The notes below the pieces were generated by a model. That model searched no databases. It was not told the origin of the DNA and was given only the letters and a program-made list of their open reading frames with translations. From an uncultured Acidobacteriota bacterium (GTDB lineage: Bacteria > Acidobacteriota > UBA4820 > DSQY01), in contig CAVRTJ010000003.1 of NCBI GenBank assembly GCA_963724125.1, forward strand, positions 1,107 to 65,106: a stretch of DNA of 64,000 nt. Direction: 5' to 3'. Position numbers and translations under genes: made by a program. Positions 42,596-53,443 of this stretch are shown here, in pieces (within the stretch, counting starts at the first letter, position 1; every line of letters begins with the position of its first letter).

Positions 42596-45500
42596 CTATT
42601 CAGGTTTCCAGGCAGGCACGCGCCCGGGGGTCCAGGGCGATCCGGCGGCGTTCATGGCGTCCTCCAGCTTCTTCAGTTTGACCGTGTAGAGATCGGCCAA
42701 CTGCTTCAGCACCGGCCCGAACTCCTCTGCGGCGATGCGGTACTGATCGCGCTGGGTTTGGGTCGGGGCGGACGTGCAGGACCATTCCCCGTAGACGATG
42801 CCTTGGACCCGTCCCACTATGGACGGCGGGACGGGCTCGTTGTGCGAAGCGACGACCTTGTCGCCCGACAGGGTGCGGTCTATTTCAGTGAGTTCCAGGT
42901 CAATCGCGCGCGCCTGCTGCAGCATGGCCTCGTCCGGATGGGGCGTGTTCTCCAAGGCCTTGTTGATGTAGGCCAGCCGCTCCCTGATCTCGTGCGTCAG
43001 TTTGACGGAGCCCAGCACGGCGCGCTGCAGGCGCTGGGTCTTCCGCTCGAAGGCGAGCAACGCCGCCTTGTCCCCGGCGGGAAGCGTGGCTGTTCCGAGC
43101 GGCGCGGTTTCGAAGGTCCTTGCTTTTCCAAGGGCCGTCAGGGCGCCGTCGTGCCGCTCGTAGAGAGTAACCGTGTAGGTCCCCGGCGCGGCCATGGGGC
43201 CCATGGGCTTGGGTTCCCAGGGATTATATTCATCGTTTTCCTTGATTTCTGTCGGATCGGCCGGCGGGAAACGGAGGTCCCAGGCGACCCTGTGCATCCC
43301 TTTCTTGGCCGGGCTTTCAACGCGACGGACGACGTCGCCTTGCTCGTTCCTGACGATCAGGACGATGGACGGCCCCTGCTCTTCGTCTTCCTTCCGCAGT
43401 TCGCTCCAGGGCGGGTAGAAGGTGTCGCCGCCCTTCTTCTCGATCTTCTTTTCTTCCTTCCGGCGCTTTTCCTTCAGGGTCTCCAGGGAGTCCTTCAGGT
43501 AGTACGTGAAGACCGCGCCGAAGGGCGGGTTGGGCGCCGTGTAGTAGCTGTCGCCCTCGGCGGCCTTACCGGGAAGACCGAGGGGCGTGGAGGGGATGAA
43601 CATCCATGCCTTCTTCACGGGGAAGAGCGCGCCCTTCTCCTGCAGGAGCGCAGGGGTGAGCTCGCGCAGGGGGCTGTAGTCGTCCAGGATGTAAAACCCG
43701 CGGCCGAAGGTGGCAAGCACCAGGTCGTTTTCGCGAGCCTGGATCGCCATGTCGCGGACGGCGATGGTGGGCATGCCGCCCTTGAGCTGCACCCAGTGTT
43801 CGCCTCCGTCGATTGTGAAGTAGACGCCGTACTCGGTGCCCGCAAAGAGCAGCTTCGCGTCCCTGGGGTCCTGGATGAAGCTGTAGACCGTGCCCTTCTT
43901 GGGGAGGTCGCCGGCGATGCTCTTCCAGGTCCGGCCCCGGTCGGTGCTCTTCACGCAGATAGGGCTTGAAATCGCCCATCTTGTGGTTGTCGAAAGCGGC
44001 GTAGACCGTGTCCGCGTCTTCCTTCGAGGCGGCCAGCGCGGACACGTAACTCAGTTCAGGTACCCCGGGAAAACGGTCGACCTTGCGCCAGTGGGCGCCG
44101 TCGTCTTCCGTGACCTGGATCAGCCCGTCGTCGGTGCCGGCATAGAGGAGGCCCTTTTTGAGCGGGGAGGCGGACAGGGAAACGATGGTGCCGTAAAAAG
44201 AGGTCGAGTCGTTCTTCGCGACTGCGTCCACGCCCCACACGCGTCCCATGACCTTGAGCTTGTTGCGGTCCAGCCCCCTCGACAGGTCGGGGCTGATGGC
44301 CTTCCACGAATTCCCCATGTCCCTGCTCTCGAAGAGCCTGTCGGCGCCGAAGTAGAGCGTGGTGTGGGAGAAGGGGCCGATGATCAGGGGCGCGTTCCAG
44401 TTCCAGCGCAGGGGTGCTTCGTCCTTGCCCGCCTTGGGCTGGATGTCCATCATCTGACCCGAAGGCTTGTCGAAGCGGACCAGCCCGCCGTACTGGGATT
44501 CGGAATAGACGACATTCGGGTTCTCGGGGTCCACCTGGCTCCAGAAGCCGTCGCCGCCCACCGTGACGTACCAGTCGGAGTTTACGATACCGCTCGAGGA
44601 GACGGTCTGGGAGGGCCCTCCCAGGGTGTTGTTGTCCTGGGTTCCGCCGTAGACGTGGTAGAAGGGACGGGCGTTATCCACCGCCACGCGGTAGAACTGG
44701 GTAATCGGGAGATTGGCCTTGAAATGCCACGTCCTTCCCCGGTCGTAGGTTTCGTAGAGCCCGCCGTCGCAGCCGGCCAGCAGGTAGCGGGTGTCGTGGG
44801 GATCGACGTAGAGCGCGTGGTTGTCCACGTGCTTCCAGTGCTCGCCCACCCGGCGGAAGGTCTTGCCGCCGTCGTCCGTCACCTGCATCCAGGTATCCAT
44901 GGCGTAGACGCGGTTCACGACCTTCGGGTCGCAGATGATCTCGTTGAAGTACTGCGGGCTGGACGTCATGTAGTCTCCGCGCTTCGTCCAGCTCGCGCCG
45001 CGGTTCGTCGAGCGGAAGAACCCGCCCTTGTCGCCGGCGGCTTCGACCATCGCGTAAACCACGTCGGGGTCCGCGGGGGACACGGCCAGCCCGATCCGTC
45101 CCATGTCTACCTTGGGCAGGCCAGTCGTGAGCTTGGTCCAGTGCGTGCCGCCGTCCGTCGTCTTGTAGATTCCCGAGCCGGGGCCGCCGTCCACCAGGCC
45201 CCAGACGTGGCGCTGGCGCTGGTAGGCGGCCGCGTAGAGAACATCGGGGTTGCGCGGATCCATGGCCACGTCGGTGACGCCCGTGACCTTGTCCACGGTG
45301 AGAACGGCCTTCCAGGTTTTTCCGCCGTCGGTGGTCTTGTAGAGGCCGCGCTGGCCGCCGGCGTTCCACAGCGGTCCCTGGGCCGCGGCGTAAACGACGT
45401 TCGAGTCCTTCGGGTCGACGAGGATCCTGGCGATGTGCTGCGAATCCTTCAAGCCCACGTTCTTCCAGGTGCGACCGTCGTCGTCGGAGCGGTAAATCCC

Positions 45501-45905
45501 GTCGCCGTACCCCACGCTGCGCTGGCTGTTGTTTTCACCGGTCCCCACCCAGATGACGTGCGGGTTGCCGGGATCGATGGTGACGCACCCGATGGAGTAG
45601 GAGCCCTCCTTGTCGAAGACGGGCGTCCAGGTCGTGCCGTCGTTCACCGTACGCCAGACGCCTCCCGAGGCCGCCGCCACAAAATACCGTGCACGGTTGT
45701 GCGGATCGACGGCGATGTCTGAGACACGCCCCGAGGTCAGGGCCGGGCCGATGGACCGCAATTCCAGGCCATCGAAGGTCTTCGCCGACATGGGACCCTG
45801 ATCGACCGTCTTCTTTTCATGGGACACCCGTTCAGCCGCCAATGGGGCGAAGCCAAGGGCGCCGCACATCGCCGCTACCATAAAAATCGACAGAAAACGC
45901 TTCAT
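42596..45905 (-). pseudogene. large secreted BNR/Asp-box (sortilin/VPS10-like) repeat protein, one frame change near 43955
   Basis: ATG 45905 with a signal peptide. There are many SxDxGxTW boxes (SDDDGRTW, TTDGGKTW, TDDGGKTF, TYDRGRTW, SRDMGNSW, TEDDGAHW in ORF 43566..45995; STDRGRTW, TIDGGEHW in ORF 42596..43954). The junction is ...FDNHKMGDFKPYL / KSTDRGRTWKSI. Confidence 0.8.
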
Positions 45906-45972
45906 CGTCTGTCCTCTCCCGGTCGGCGGCAACGACGACGATCGCTGCCGCAGTGCGTCAGAAAAGAGAAAA

Positions 45973-45991
45973 GGCCGCCCGGCGGACGGCC
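45973..45991 (-). terminator. possible terminator after the 46031..46369 gene
   Basis: On the minus strand, GGCCG...CGGCC forms an imperfect hairpin followed by TTTTCTCTTTTC. Confidence 0.4.
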
Positions 45992-46030
45992 TCACAGGTC
46001 ATGGATAAACGGGCGCGCCGAAGCCGGCAT

Positions 46031-46369
46031 TCATTGCTGCGTGGGGCGGTTCGAGACCTCTATGGCCTTCAGCAGTTCGGCGGCCTCCCTCTGGACGACG
46101 GCGTTACCCCGCTTGCGCCCGGGATCCTGGTCCTCGATGAGTTCCAGAAAGGCCCAGATCCGGCAGTGGTTCTCCCAGGCCCTGGCGTCGGGATTTCCCC
46201 ACGTGCAGACGGGGCAGTTTTCGTTGCAGCCGATTTGTTTGAGCGCCTCCGTCCTGTCCAGTTCCCGCAGCATGTCCCTCAAGGTAAACATGGATTCGGG
46301 CTTGGCGTTTTTGGCGTAGGCGCCCAGGACTTTTTTGATCTCTTCGATCAGCGTCATGGCTCCGGGCAT
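46031..46369 (-). CDS. hypothetical cytoplasmic protein (112 aa)
   Basis: AAGGAGG lies 8 nt upstream of ATG 46369 (MPGAMTLIEEIKK). Contains CNENCPVC. No family recognised. Confidence 0.45.
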   Translation of the reverse strand: MPGAMTLIEEIKKVLGAYAKNAKPESMFTLRDMLRELDRTEALKQIGCNENCPVCTWGNPDARAWENHCRIWAFLELIEDQDPGRKRGNAVVQREAAELLKAIEVSNRPTQQ

Positions 46370-46449
46370 CTGGGCATCCTCCTTGGTTAGATGCAAGGGA
46401 GTAATCTAGCCAGCACGGGCACGAAAAACAAGGGCCGGGCCGGGAGCCG

Positions 46450-46830
46450 TCAGTCTACCACTCTCTTTCGGTCCAGGAGGGTCAGCACCTTCTGAATCTG
46501 CCCTCTGTGGTGGTCGACGATGTCCTCCGGCGTCCCCCAGTTGGCGGATTTCCTGGCCAGAATGCCTACGACCCCGGCCAGGTCCTCTCGCGTCGGCGCC
46601 TCGTAGCGCCCATCGCACTCCTTGAAGGCCAGCCTCACGGCCCCTTCCACGCTCAGCTTTATTTCTTCGTCCGAGGGTACCTGGCCGAGCAGCCTCTTCG
46701 CCCTTTCGAATGTCTCCTTCTTGGCCTCGAAGAAGCACTGGCGGATGAGGTCCCGCGCCTTGCAGACATCAAGCTGTTCAAGTTCCGCCTCCGGAATGCT
46801 CCACTTGACGTAGCCGACTGATGCGTTCAT
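46450..46830 (-). CDS. hypothetical cytoplasmic protein (126 aa)
   Basis: GAGGAGG lies upstream of ATG 46830 (MNASVGYVKWSIPEAELEQLD). Coding-like composition. No family recognised. Confidence 0.5.
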   Translation of the reverse strand: MNASVGYVKWSIPEAELEQLDVCKARDLIRQCFFEAKKETFERAKRLLGQVPSDEEIKLSVEGAVRLAFKECDGRYEAPTREDLAGVVGILARKSANWGTPEDIVDHHRGQIQKVLTLLDRKRVVD

Positions 46831-47294
46831 GGTTCCCAAACCTCCTCTGATGCCCCCCATAGCCGGTGGCCGGAAAAGGCCGGGAATACTGTACATTCAC
46901 CGTAATTGACGGGTCAACCGAAAAGAACAGCGGGATCAGGCGGTTGCGCCGGATGGCCCGGCGAGGATGCGGCCGCTGCGTGCAACGCTGGGCGGTCAGG
47001 GCCGGGGCAATTGGGAAGCTCTTCCAGAAGCTGTTCCCTGCCGGTTTCGCGAGTTGCGATGGTTTGGCCGCCCTTGACGTGCCGCAGACATCGGCGTGGT
47101 CGATCCCATTTCACAGGCACTGCGTCTTTCTTCTGCGTCCTCTGCCCTTCCGCCGGCCGGCGGGGATAAAGAGGCTGAGGGCCTGGCCGACTTTCGTCGG
47201 CCGCCTCAAAGGCAGACTTCGCCGTAGTTCGAATACCGAATACAAACATCCTGCGGGCCTAAATCCCTGTTTGCCCGTTTTTATTCACCGCCGT

Positions 47295-48984
47295 TCACGG
47301 GCAGGCCGGGTTGCAGGCCTTGATGTTGATCCGCCAAACGACCTTGTAGTTGCCCTTTGCGTCCGCGGCGGTCCGGGTGAACGTCCTCTCTATGGTGGAG
47401 GTCTGTCCGTTCACGACGATCGGGAACGAGGGTTTGCCGTGCGTGCCGCGGGAGAGGATGAACTGTGCCTTCACCATCGGCAGGTCCGTTTTCATGATGT
47501 ACGGAATAGGCGTGGGCGACGTGGGGTCCATCAGGACGTACCACACCCGGCCCTTGACCAGGTCGCCGTAGTCCTTCGTTGCCTTGTCCACTTCCAGGAT
47601 CATGTGATCGCCGTCGATGATGCCGTGCACGGGCACGAGGAACGAGTAGGGGCCAGCGAAGGTGCGTCCCACCTTGCCGAACTCGTTGGCGATCTCCTTC
47701 TGACCGACCGGGGCGGGCGGCGGCGGGAGCGTGAGGTGGAACAGGACGTACTGGCGCATGGCGGGGGTCGCCCTCATGAGATCGTCCCACACCCTGAAGT
47801 CGTCGGCGTTGCCCTCGAATTCGCCGGACACGCGGATGGGACCTCCGCCGGACCCTTTCTGGTACCGGAGGGTCAGCTTTCCCGTCAGGTCGATGTTATA
47901 CGCCCACCACTTCTTCCCGTAGGCGAAGTACTGGGCGCCGAAGTGGGCCTTGAAGTCGCCCTTGAACTGTTCGCAGTAGACTCCCAGGAACTTCCCCGCA
48001 AACCAGGACACGCTCGATGCCATCAGGCCCGCCGAGTCGTCGCCCCAGGCCTTCCATCCTTCGGTAATGCCCTTCTCCGCCGTCTTCAGCACCGACTTCG
48101 CGTACATGACATCCTCGGGCGTCACCTTCGGGGTGGGGATCAGCTTCAGCCTGTCCATGACGGTCTTCTCCGCCACGTCGACGGCGATGTCCTTCCACGC
48201 GTTGGTCATAAACTGGACGACGCCCGAATAGAACTCCAGGCCCGCCACGGCGGTGTCCAGGTCGTCGCAGGTGGAGGGCTTCTTGTTGCCCCAGAGGCGC
48301 AACTTTTCCTCGAGCTGGGCCTGCGCCGCCTCGGCGCCGGCCGCTTCTTCTCCCATCTTCTCGTAGGCGGGCTCGAGGGCCTGCTGGATGGCCGCGGATC
48401 TCTGTGCAAGCTTGTCTACCGGGGCAAGGCTGTTTCTGAGCTGTCCCGCCCGGCCGGTGCCTTCCTGGAGCTTGGCACGGATGCTCTTGAGGCGGTTCAC
48501 CGCCTCCTCCCTGCCGGGCGACGCGGGCAGCAGCATGACCTGGTGCTCGAGCGTCGGAACGCCCGCCGCCAGGGCGCTGATCAGCCCCGCCGTCTTGTCC
48601 ACCGCGTGGTCGCTCATTCCGGCGGCACCGACCACGCGGAACGTGCCCTCGGCGGTCGGCCTTGCCATCGGGGGCCACGGCGCGTATTCGGTACAGGCCC
48701 TCCTTTTCCGTGCCCGTAAATTCGGTTGAGAAGGTCCCCGTGCCGCCTATGGGGGCGGACAGCGCCACCGTTTTCCCGGACGGATTTCTGATGCTCAGGC
48801 TGACCCGCTTGCCGCCCATGGGAACGCTCACGCCGGTGATGTGCGCGGACTGGTTGATCAGAACCCAGCCGGGAACATCCACGCTGATCGGCGCCGATCC
48901 CTTCTCGAGGTCCTGAGCCGATATGCAAGGGGAAAACGACACCACGGCGACTGCCGCCAGAACGCACGCCAAGACCTTCCTCAT
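47295..48984 (-). pseudogene. secreted hypothetical protein (~563 aa), one frame change near 48665
   Basis: GGAGGG precedes ATG 48984. The signal peptide MRKVLACVLAAVAVVSFSPCISA and an Ig-like N-terminal domain lie in ORF 47896..48996. The remainder (ARPTAEGTFRVVGAAG..., a coiled-coil-like stretch, and a C-terminal domain ending CNPACP) lies in ORF 47295..48668. Confidence 0.6.
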
Positions 48985-49075
48985 CAGTCCCTCCAAGGAT
49001 TATGGGGCCACCCTACCAGAATGGGGGTCCGCCCGTCCATCGGCGCGGCGGCTAGGGGGCGCAGACGATGTTGCG

Positions 49076-49414
49076 GGTCGATCGTCGGAAGTCGGAAGTC
49101 GGTCGTCGATGGAAGGGCGAAGACAGCGGACGGCAGGCCGCCAAAGAATCCGTGCCGTGTCGGATGTCCGGTAGGAGCGACCTTCGGGACGCGATCCTCC
49201 GAAGGCTCGGTCACCGTGTCTCTGGGGTGTGCGCCTTGAAGTGCCGTGAGTAGGGGATTCCGTGAGTGGGTGAGTAGGGCGTGTGCAGACCTTCGAAGGC
49301 CCGGCCCCCGCTGTTTCTGTTTTTCATTTAGGCCTTAGGCTTTCGCCCCTGGCCCTTGGGGAACGAGCACTTCTTTTTTTCTTCTTTCAAATCCGAAATC
49401 CCAATTCCCAAATG
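49076..49414. repeat. mosaic intergenic repeat locus
   Basis: Modules present: gtcggaagtcggaagtcggtcgtcgatgg heptads; gtaggagcgaccttcgggacgcgatc (49171-49197); cgtgagt repeats; ccttcgaaggcccggcccc (49288-49309); tttaggccttaggctttcgcccctggcccttgggg; tcaaatccgaaatcccaattcccaaatg (49387-49414). Confidence 0.65.
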
Positions 49415-49419
49415 CCTTC

Positions 49420-51783
49420 TTACTCCACCCCGTGCTCGGTCCTGGCGATGATCTCGTCCTGGAGGGCACGTCGACAGATCGCAGAAGTAGTCGCTGTACC
49501 CTGCCACCCGGACGATCAGGTCGCGGTGGGAGTCGGGATCGGCCTGGGCCGCGCGCAGGGTCTCGGCGCCGACCACGTTGAACTGCACGTGGTGGCCGTC
49601 CATTTTGAAATAGCCGCGCACGAGCCGCGCCAGGTTGTCGATGCCCGCTTCGCCCTCCAGGAGGGAGGGCGTGAACTTCATGTTCAGCAGCGTCCCGCCC
49701 GTCATGACGTGGTCCATCTTCCCCGCCGAGCGCATGACCGCCGTCGGACCCTTCCGGTCCGCCCCCTGCACGGGCGAGATGCCTTCCGAGAGAGGCGCGC
49801 CGGCCCTGCGGCCGTCGGGCGTGGCCCCGGTCATGGTGCCGAAATAGACGTGGCTCGTGGTGGGCAGCATCTCCACCCGGTAGTGGCCGCCCTTGCCGTT
49901 GGGCCGCCCGTCCACGAGGGCGACGAGTTCGTCGAAGACCCGCTTCATGAGGCCGTCCGCGTAGTCGTCGTCGTTGCCGTACCTGTGCGTCTTGTTTAGA
50001 AGGCGTTGCCGCAGGGCTTCGCGGCCTTTGAAGTCGTCGTCCAGGGCCGAGACGAAGGCCGCCATGTCGAGGATCTTCTCGTCGAAGACCATTTGCCTGA
50101 GGGCCGCCAGGCTGTCCGTGATGGTGCCGATGCCCACGAACTGGATGAAGGTGTTGTTGTAGCGCGCACCGCCCGCGTTGTAGTCCCGGCCCTTCTCGAT
50201 GCAGTCGTCGGTCAGCACGGAGAGGAAGGGGGCGGGCATGAGCGCGGCGTACATGCGCTCCACGAGCATGTTGCCCGCGATCTTGATTTCGAGGACGTGG
50301 CGGAGCTGCGCGGCGAAGGCGTCGAACAGGTCGTCGAAGGTCCGGAAACCGGCTGGGTCGCCCGTGCCGGTCCCAGGCGCCTGCCCGTCAGCGGGTCGGT
50401 CCCGTCGTGAAGCGCCAGTTCCAGGATCTTGGGCAGGCTGACGTAGCCCGTGAGGATGTAGGCCTCCTTGCCGAAGGCCCCCGTCTCCACACACCCGCTG
50501 CAGCCGCCCGCGCGTGCGTCCTCCAGGCTCTTGCCCATGCGGACCTGCTCCCGGACCACGGCGTCTGCGTTGAAGATCGGACGGGAACCCATAGCCCATG
50601 CGGACGACCCGGAGGGCGTGCTTGAGAACGCGTCAGGCGTCCTTGCCGAGATCTGCACGTTGTTGCTCGGCTGGACCATGTGCATGGTCTCGATCACGTC
50701 GAGCAGCAGGTGGGAGACCTCGCTGGAGCCGTCGGACCCGTCGGCGAGCAGGCCCGCCAGGTTGATGTTGGCGAAGTCCGTGTAGGTCCCGCTCTCGGCG
50801 GCCGTCACGCCGACCTTGGGCGGCGCCGGGTGGTTGTTGAATTTCACGAAGAAGGCCTCGAGCAGTTCCCTCGCCTTCTCTGCGGTCAGCGAACCCTCCG
50901 CCATGCCCTTCCTGTAGAAGGGCAGGAGGTGCTGGTCCAGGTGCCCGGGGCTGAAGGCGTCCCAGCCGTTGAGTTCGGTGATGACGGCGAGGTGGCAGAA
51001 CCAGTAGGCCTGCAGCGCCTCGTGGAAGTCGCGGGGGGCGCTGGGCCGGCACGCGGCGGCAGACCTCGGCGATCTTCGACAGCTCGCGCCTGCGCTCGGG
51101 ATCCGCGCTCGTCGCCGGCCATCTCTTCGGCGAGGTCCGCATGGCGCTCGCGCGAAGAGGATCGACCGCGTCGCAGGCGATGGCCATGGCCCTGAGTTCC
51201 TCCCGCTTGTCCCAGGCTTCGGGGTCGGCGGCGAAGTCCAGCGCCTCCAAAGCCGCGGCGATGCCGGCCTTGAAATCGTCCAGTCCCGCTCGTAGATCTT
51301 GCCGTCCAGGACGGTGTGCCCCGGGGCGCGCTGTTCCATGAACTCGGTGAAGAGTCCGGCCCCGTAGGCATCGTGCCACTCCGGCGGCAGCTCGGCGAAG
51401 AGCCGGTCGCGCATGGACCGTCCTCTCCAGTAGGGGATGACGGTCTCTTCGTAGGCCCGGATGCAGACCTCGTCTGCGAGGTAGCGCGTCTTGCCACGCG
51501 TGGACAGGATGCGCAGGTCCTCGACGCTGTGGCAGGTCAGTTCGGGATAGGTGGGCACGGCCTTGGGGCGGGGGCCCCGCTCGCCGACGATCAGTTCGTC
51601 CTCACCGATCCAGATGGTCTTTCTTTCGCACAGGTGCCTGAAGCAGAGCGCCCGCATGACGGGGGGCGAGTACCGTCCTTCGTTGGCCCTGTAGAACCCG
51701 GTCACTAGCAGGGCGCGTTCCTCGGAGAGGGTCACCGGGGCCTCCAGGCTCTCGCGGCGCAGGCGTTCGGTTCGCGCATTCAT
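49420..51783 (-). pseudogene. glycyl radical enzyme (PFL2/PflD-like family), at least 6 and probably about 8 frame changes
   Basis: The N-terminus (LVTGFYRANEG...ELIVGERGP...FTEFMEQRAPGHTVLDGKIY) lies in ORF 50212..51783. Segments in other frames: GLDDFKAGIAAALEALDFAADPEAWDKREELRAMAIACDAV, ADPERRRELSKIAEVCRRVPA and PRDFHEALQAYWFCHL. The catalytic-Cys region is GGCSGCVETGAFGKE. The glycyl motif is LIVRVAGYSDYFCDLS. The C-terminus reads ALQDEIIARTEHGVE-stop (TAA 49420-49422) only after a further shift near 49470. Confidence 0.85.
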
Positions 51784-51787
51784 GATT

Positions 51788-52654
51788 TCATCCTCCGACG
51801 AAGACGGCCAGTCCTTCCCGTTTGAAGGGACCGGCCAGCCGCGCGAGGGTTTCTCCCGACGGCGAGGCGGCGCGAAAACCTTCCGCGGAGCGTCCCAGGC
51901 GTGCGGCCTTGTCCCCGCCGAGCGCGTGGTAGGGGAGCAGGTGAACGCGCCGGACGCCGGGCAGGCGCGCGGCGAGAGCCGACACGGCAGCCATTTCGGC
52001 TTCGTTGTCGTTGACGCCCGGCACGACGGGAATCCTCAGCCATATGTTGTCGTGGGCCCGGGCCAGGGCCCCCAGATTGTTGAGAATGGTCTCGTTCGAA
52101 ACCCCGGTCCACCGGAGGTGACACTCCGGCTCTACGGCCTTTACGTCATAGAGAACCAGGTCCGACAGCGCCGCCGCCTCAAGCAGAAGGTCCTGGCCGC
52201 CGAAGCCGCACGTATCCAGGGCCGTGTGAAGGCCCTCCGCGCGGCACGATTCAAGGCATCCGATCAGGAAATCCGGTTGCGCCAGCGGCTCCCCGCCCGA
52301 GAAGGTGACGCCGCCACCGCCCTCGTAGAAATCCCGGTCCTTGAGGACTTCCAGTAGGATCTCCGACACCGTCATCGTCGTCCCGGCGACGGTCCGGGCC
52401 CCGGTTGGGCACGCCTCGGCGCACAGGCCGCACGCCTCGCAGGCCCCCACGCCTCCCGCCGCGCCCGTGGGACACGCCCCTTCGCAGGCCCCGCAGCGGA
52501 TGCATCGCTCACCGGCCACCATGAGCTGCGGCGCGGCCTCCTGGCTCTCGGGGTTGTGGCACCACGCGCAGCGCAGGGGGCAGCCCTTCAGAAACACGGT
52601 GGTCCGGATGCCCGGGCCGTCGTGGACCGAGGACCTCTGGATGTTCAGCACCAT
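51788..52654 (-). CDS. glycyl-radical enzyme activating protein (with two ferredoxin-like clusters)
   Basis: MVLNIQRSSVHDGPGIRTTVFLKGCPLRCAWCHNPE, CIRCGACEGACPTGA, CEACGLCAEACPTGA, FSGGEP. The ORF is intact. ATG 52654 is preferred over the TTG at 52666. Confidence 0.9.
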   Translation of the reverse strand: MVLNIQRSSVHDGPGIRTTVFLKGCPLRCAWCHNPESQEAAPQLMVAGERCIRCGACEGACPTGAAGGVGACEACGLCAEACPTGARTVAGTTMTVSEILLEVLKDRDFYEGGGGVTFSGGEPLAQPDFLIGCLESCRAEGLHTALDTCGFGGQDLLLEAAALSDLVLYDVKAVEPECHLRWTGVSNETILNNLGALARAHDNIWLRIPVVPGVNDNEAEMAAVSALAARLPGVRRVHLLPYHALGGDKAARLGRSAEGFRAASPSGETLARLAGPFKREGLAVFVGG

Positions 52655-52662
52655 GCCTTCGG

Positions 52663-53370
52663 TCAAGCTCCGCGTCCCTCCTCACAGCGGCCGCCGTCGT
52701 GCCCGTTGCGCTTCGCGGCCTCGTAGTACCGCCTGATGAAGGGTTCCTGGACCGCAAAGGACCAGTGGACGTCCCGCAGGGCGTCGGCCGCCCCGTGCGC
52801 ATCGCCCGCCTCCAGCCGCTCGAGCACCGCGTCGTGTTCCAGGACGGATGCCTCCTCCCACGCCTTGACGAAGCCCTTCCTCCGCGGGAAGTCGTAGAGC
52901 CGCTCCTTGAGGAGGCGCACCGTCTCGACGAGGCGCGCGTTGCCGCACCGGTCGAGAAAGGCGTCGTGGAAGGCGAGGTTGTGGTCGTAGTACGCTTCGA
53001 AATCGTCACGGATCAAGGCCTTTTTCATAGCCTCGTTGTGCACCTTCATCCCGTCGAAGACCGCCCCGGACAGGCGTGGCGTGGCCGACAGGACGGCCGT
53101 GGCCTCCAGAGCCCCGACGATCTCGTAAATCGAGCGGATCTCCTCCAGCGAAAGCCCGTTTACGACCACGCCCCGCCGGGGCAGAATGGTCACGAATCCC
53201 TCGTGGGCGAGCTGCAGGAGAGCCTCGCGGAGGGGCGTCCGGCTCGTGCCGAGTTCCGCCGCGAGGCGGTTGACGTCGAGCTGCCGGCCGGCCTCCAGGG
53301 CGCCGCGGTTGAGTTCGGCTTTGAGGTGCTCGTAGACCTGCTGTCTGAGGGACTTGGTATTAAGTGCCAT
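52663..53370 (-). CDS. GntR-family transcriptional regulator (FCD-type C-terminal domain)
   Basis: LAAELGTSRTPLREALLQLAHEGFVTILPRRGVVV followed by a helical FCD-like domain. The ORF is intact. Confidence 0.85.
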   Translation of the reverse strand: MALNTKSLRQQVYEHLKAELNRGALEAGRQLDVNRLAAELGTSRTPLREALLQLAHEGFVTILPRRGVVVNGLSLEEIRSIYEIVGALEATAVLSATPRLSGAVFDGMKVHNEAMKKALIRDDFEAYYDHNLAFHDAFLDRCGNARLVETVRLLKERLYDFPRRKGFVKAWEEASVLEHDAVLERLEAGDAHGAADALRDVHWSFAVQEPFIRRYYEAAKRNGHDGGRCEEGRGA

Positions 53371-53443
53371 GGACCCCCCATGCCGGTCCCGTCCGGTTTC
53401 CCCCGCGAGACTGATATCTAATATATCACATGCGCATGGCGGC

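Noticed and set aside
41669-43969. 766-aa plus-strand ORF antisense to the BNR-repeat gene and overlapping mntP in another frame.
   Set aside because: It has no recognisable motifs and an Arg/Gly/Pro-rich composition. The opposite strand encodes clear Asp-box repeats, and the mntP frame is clear.
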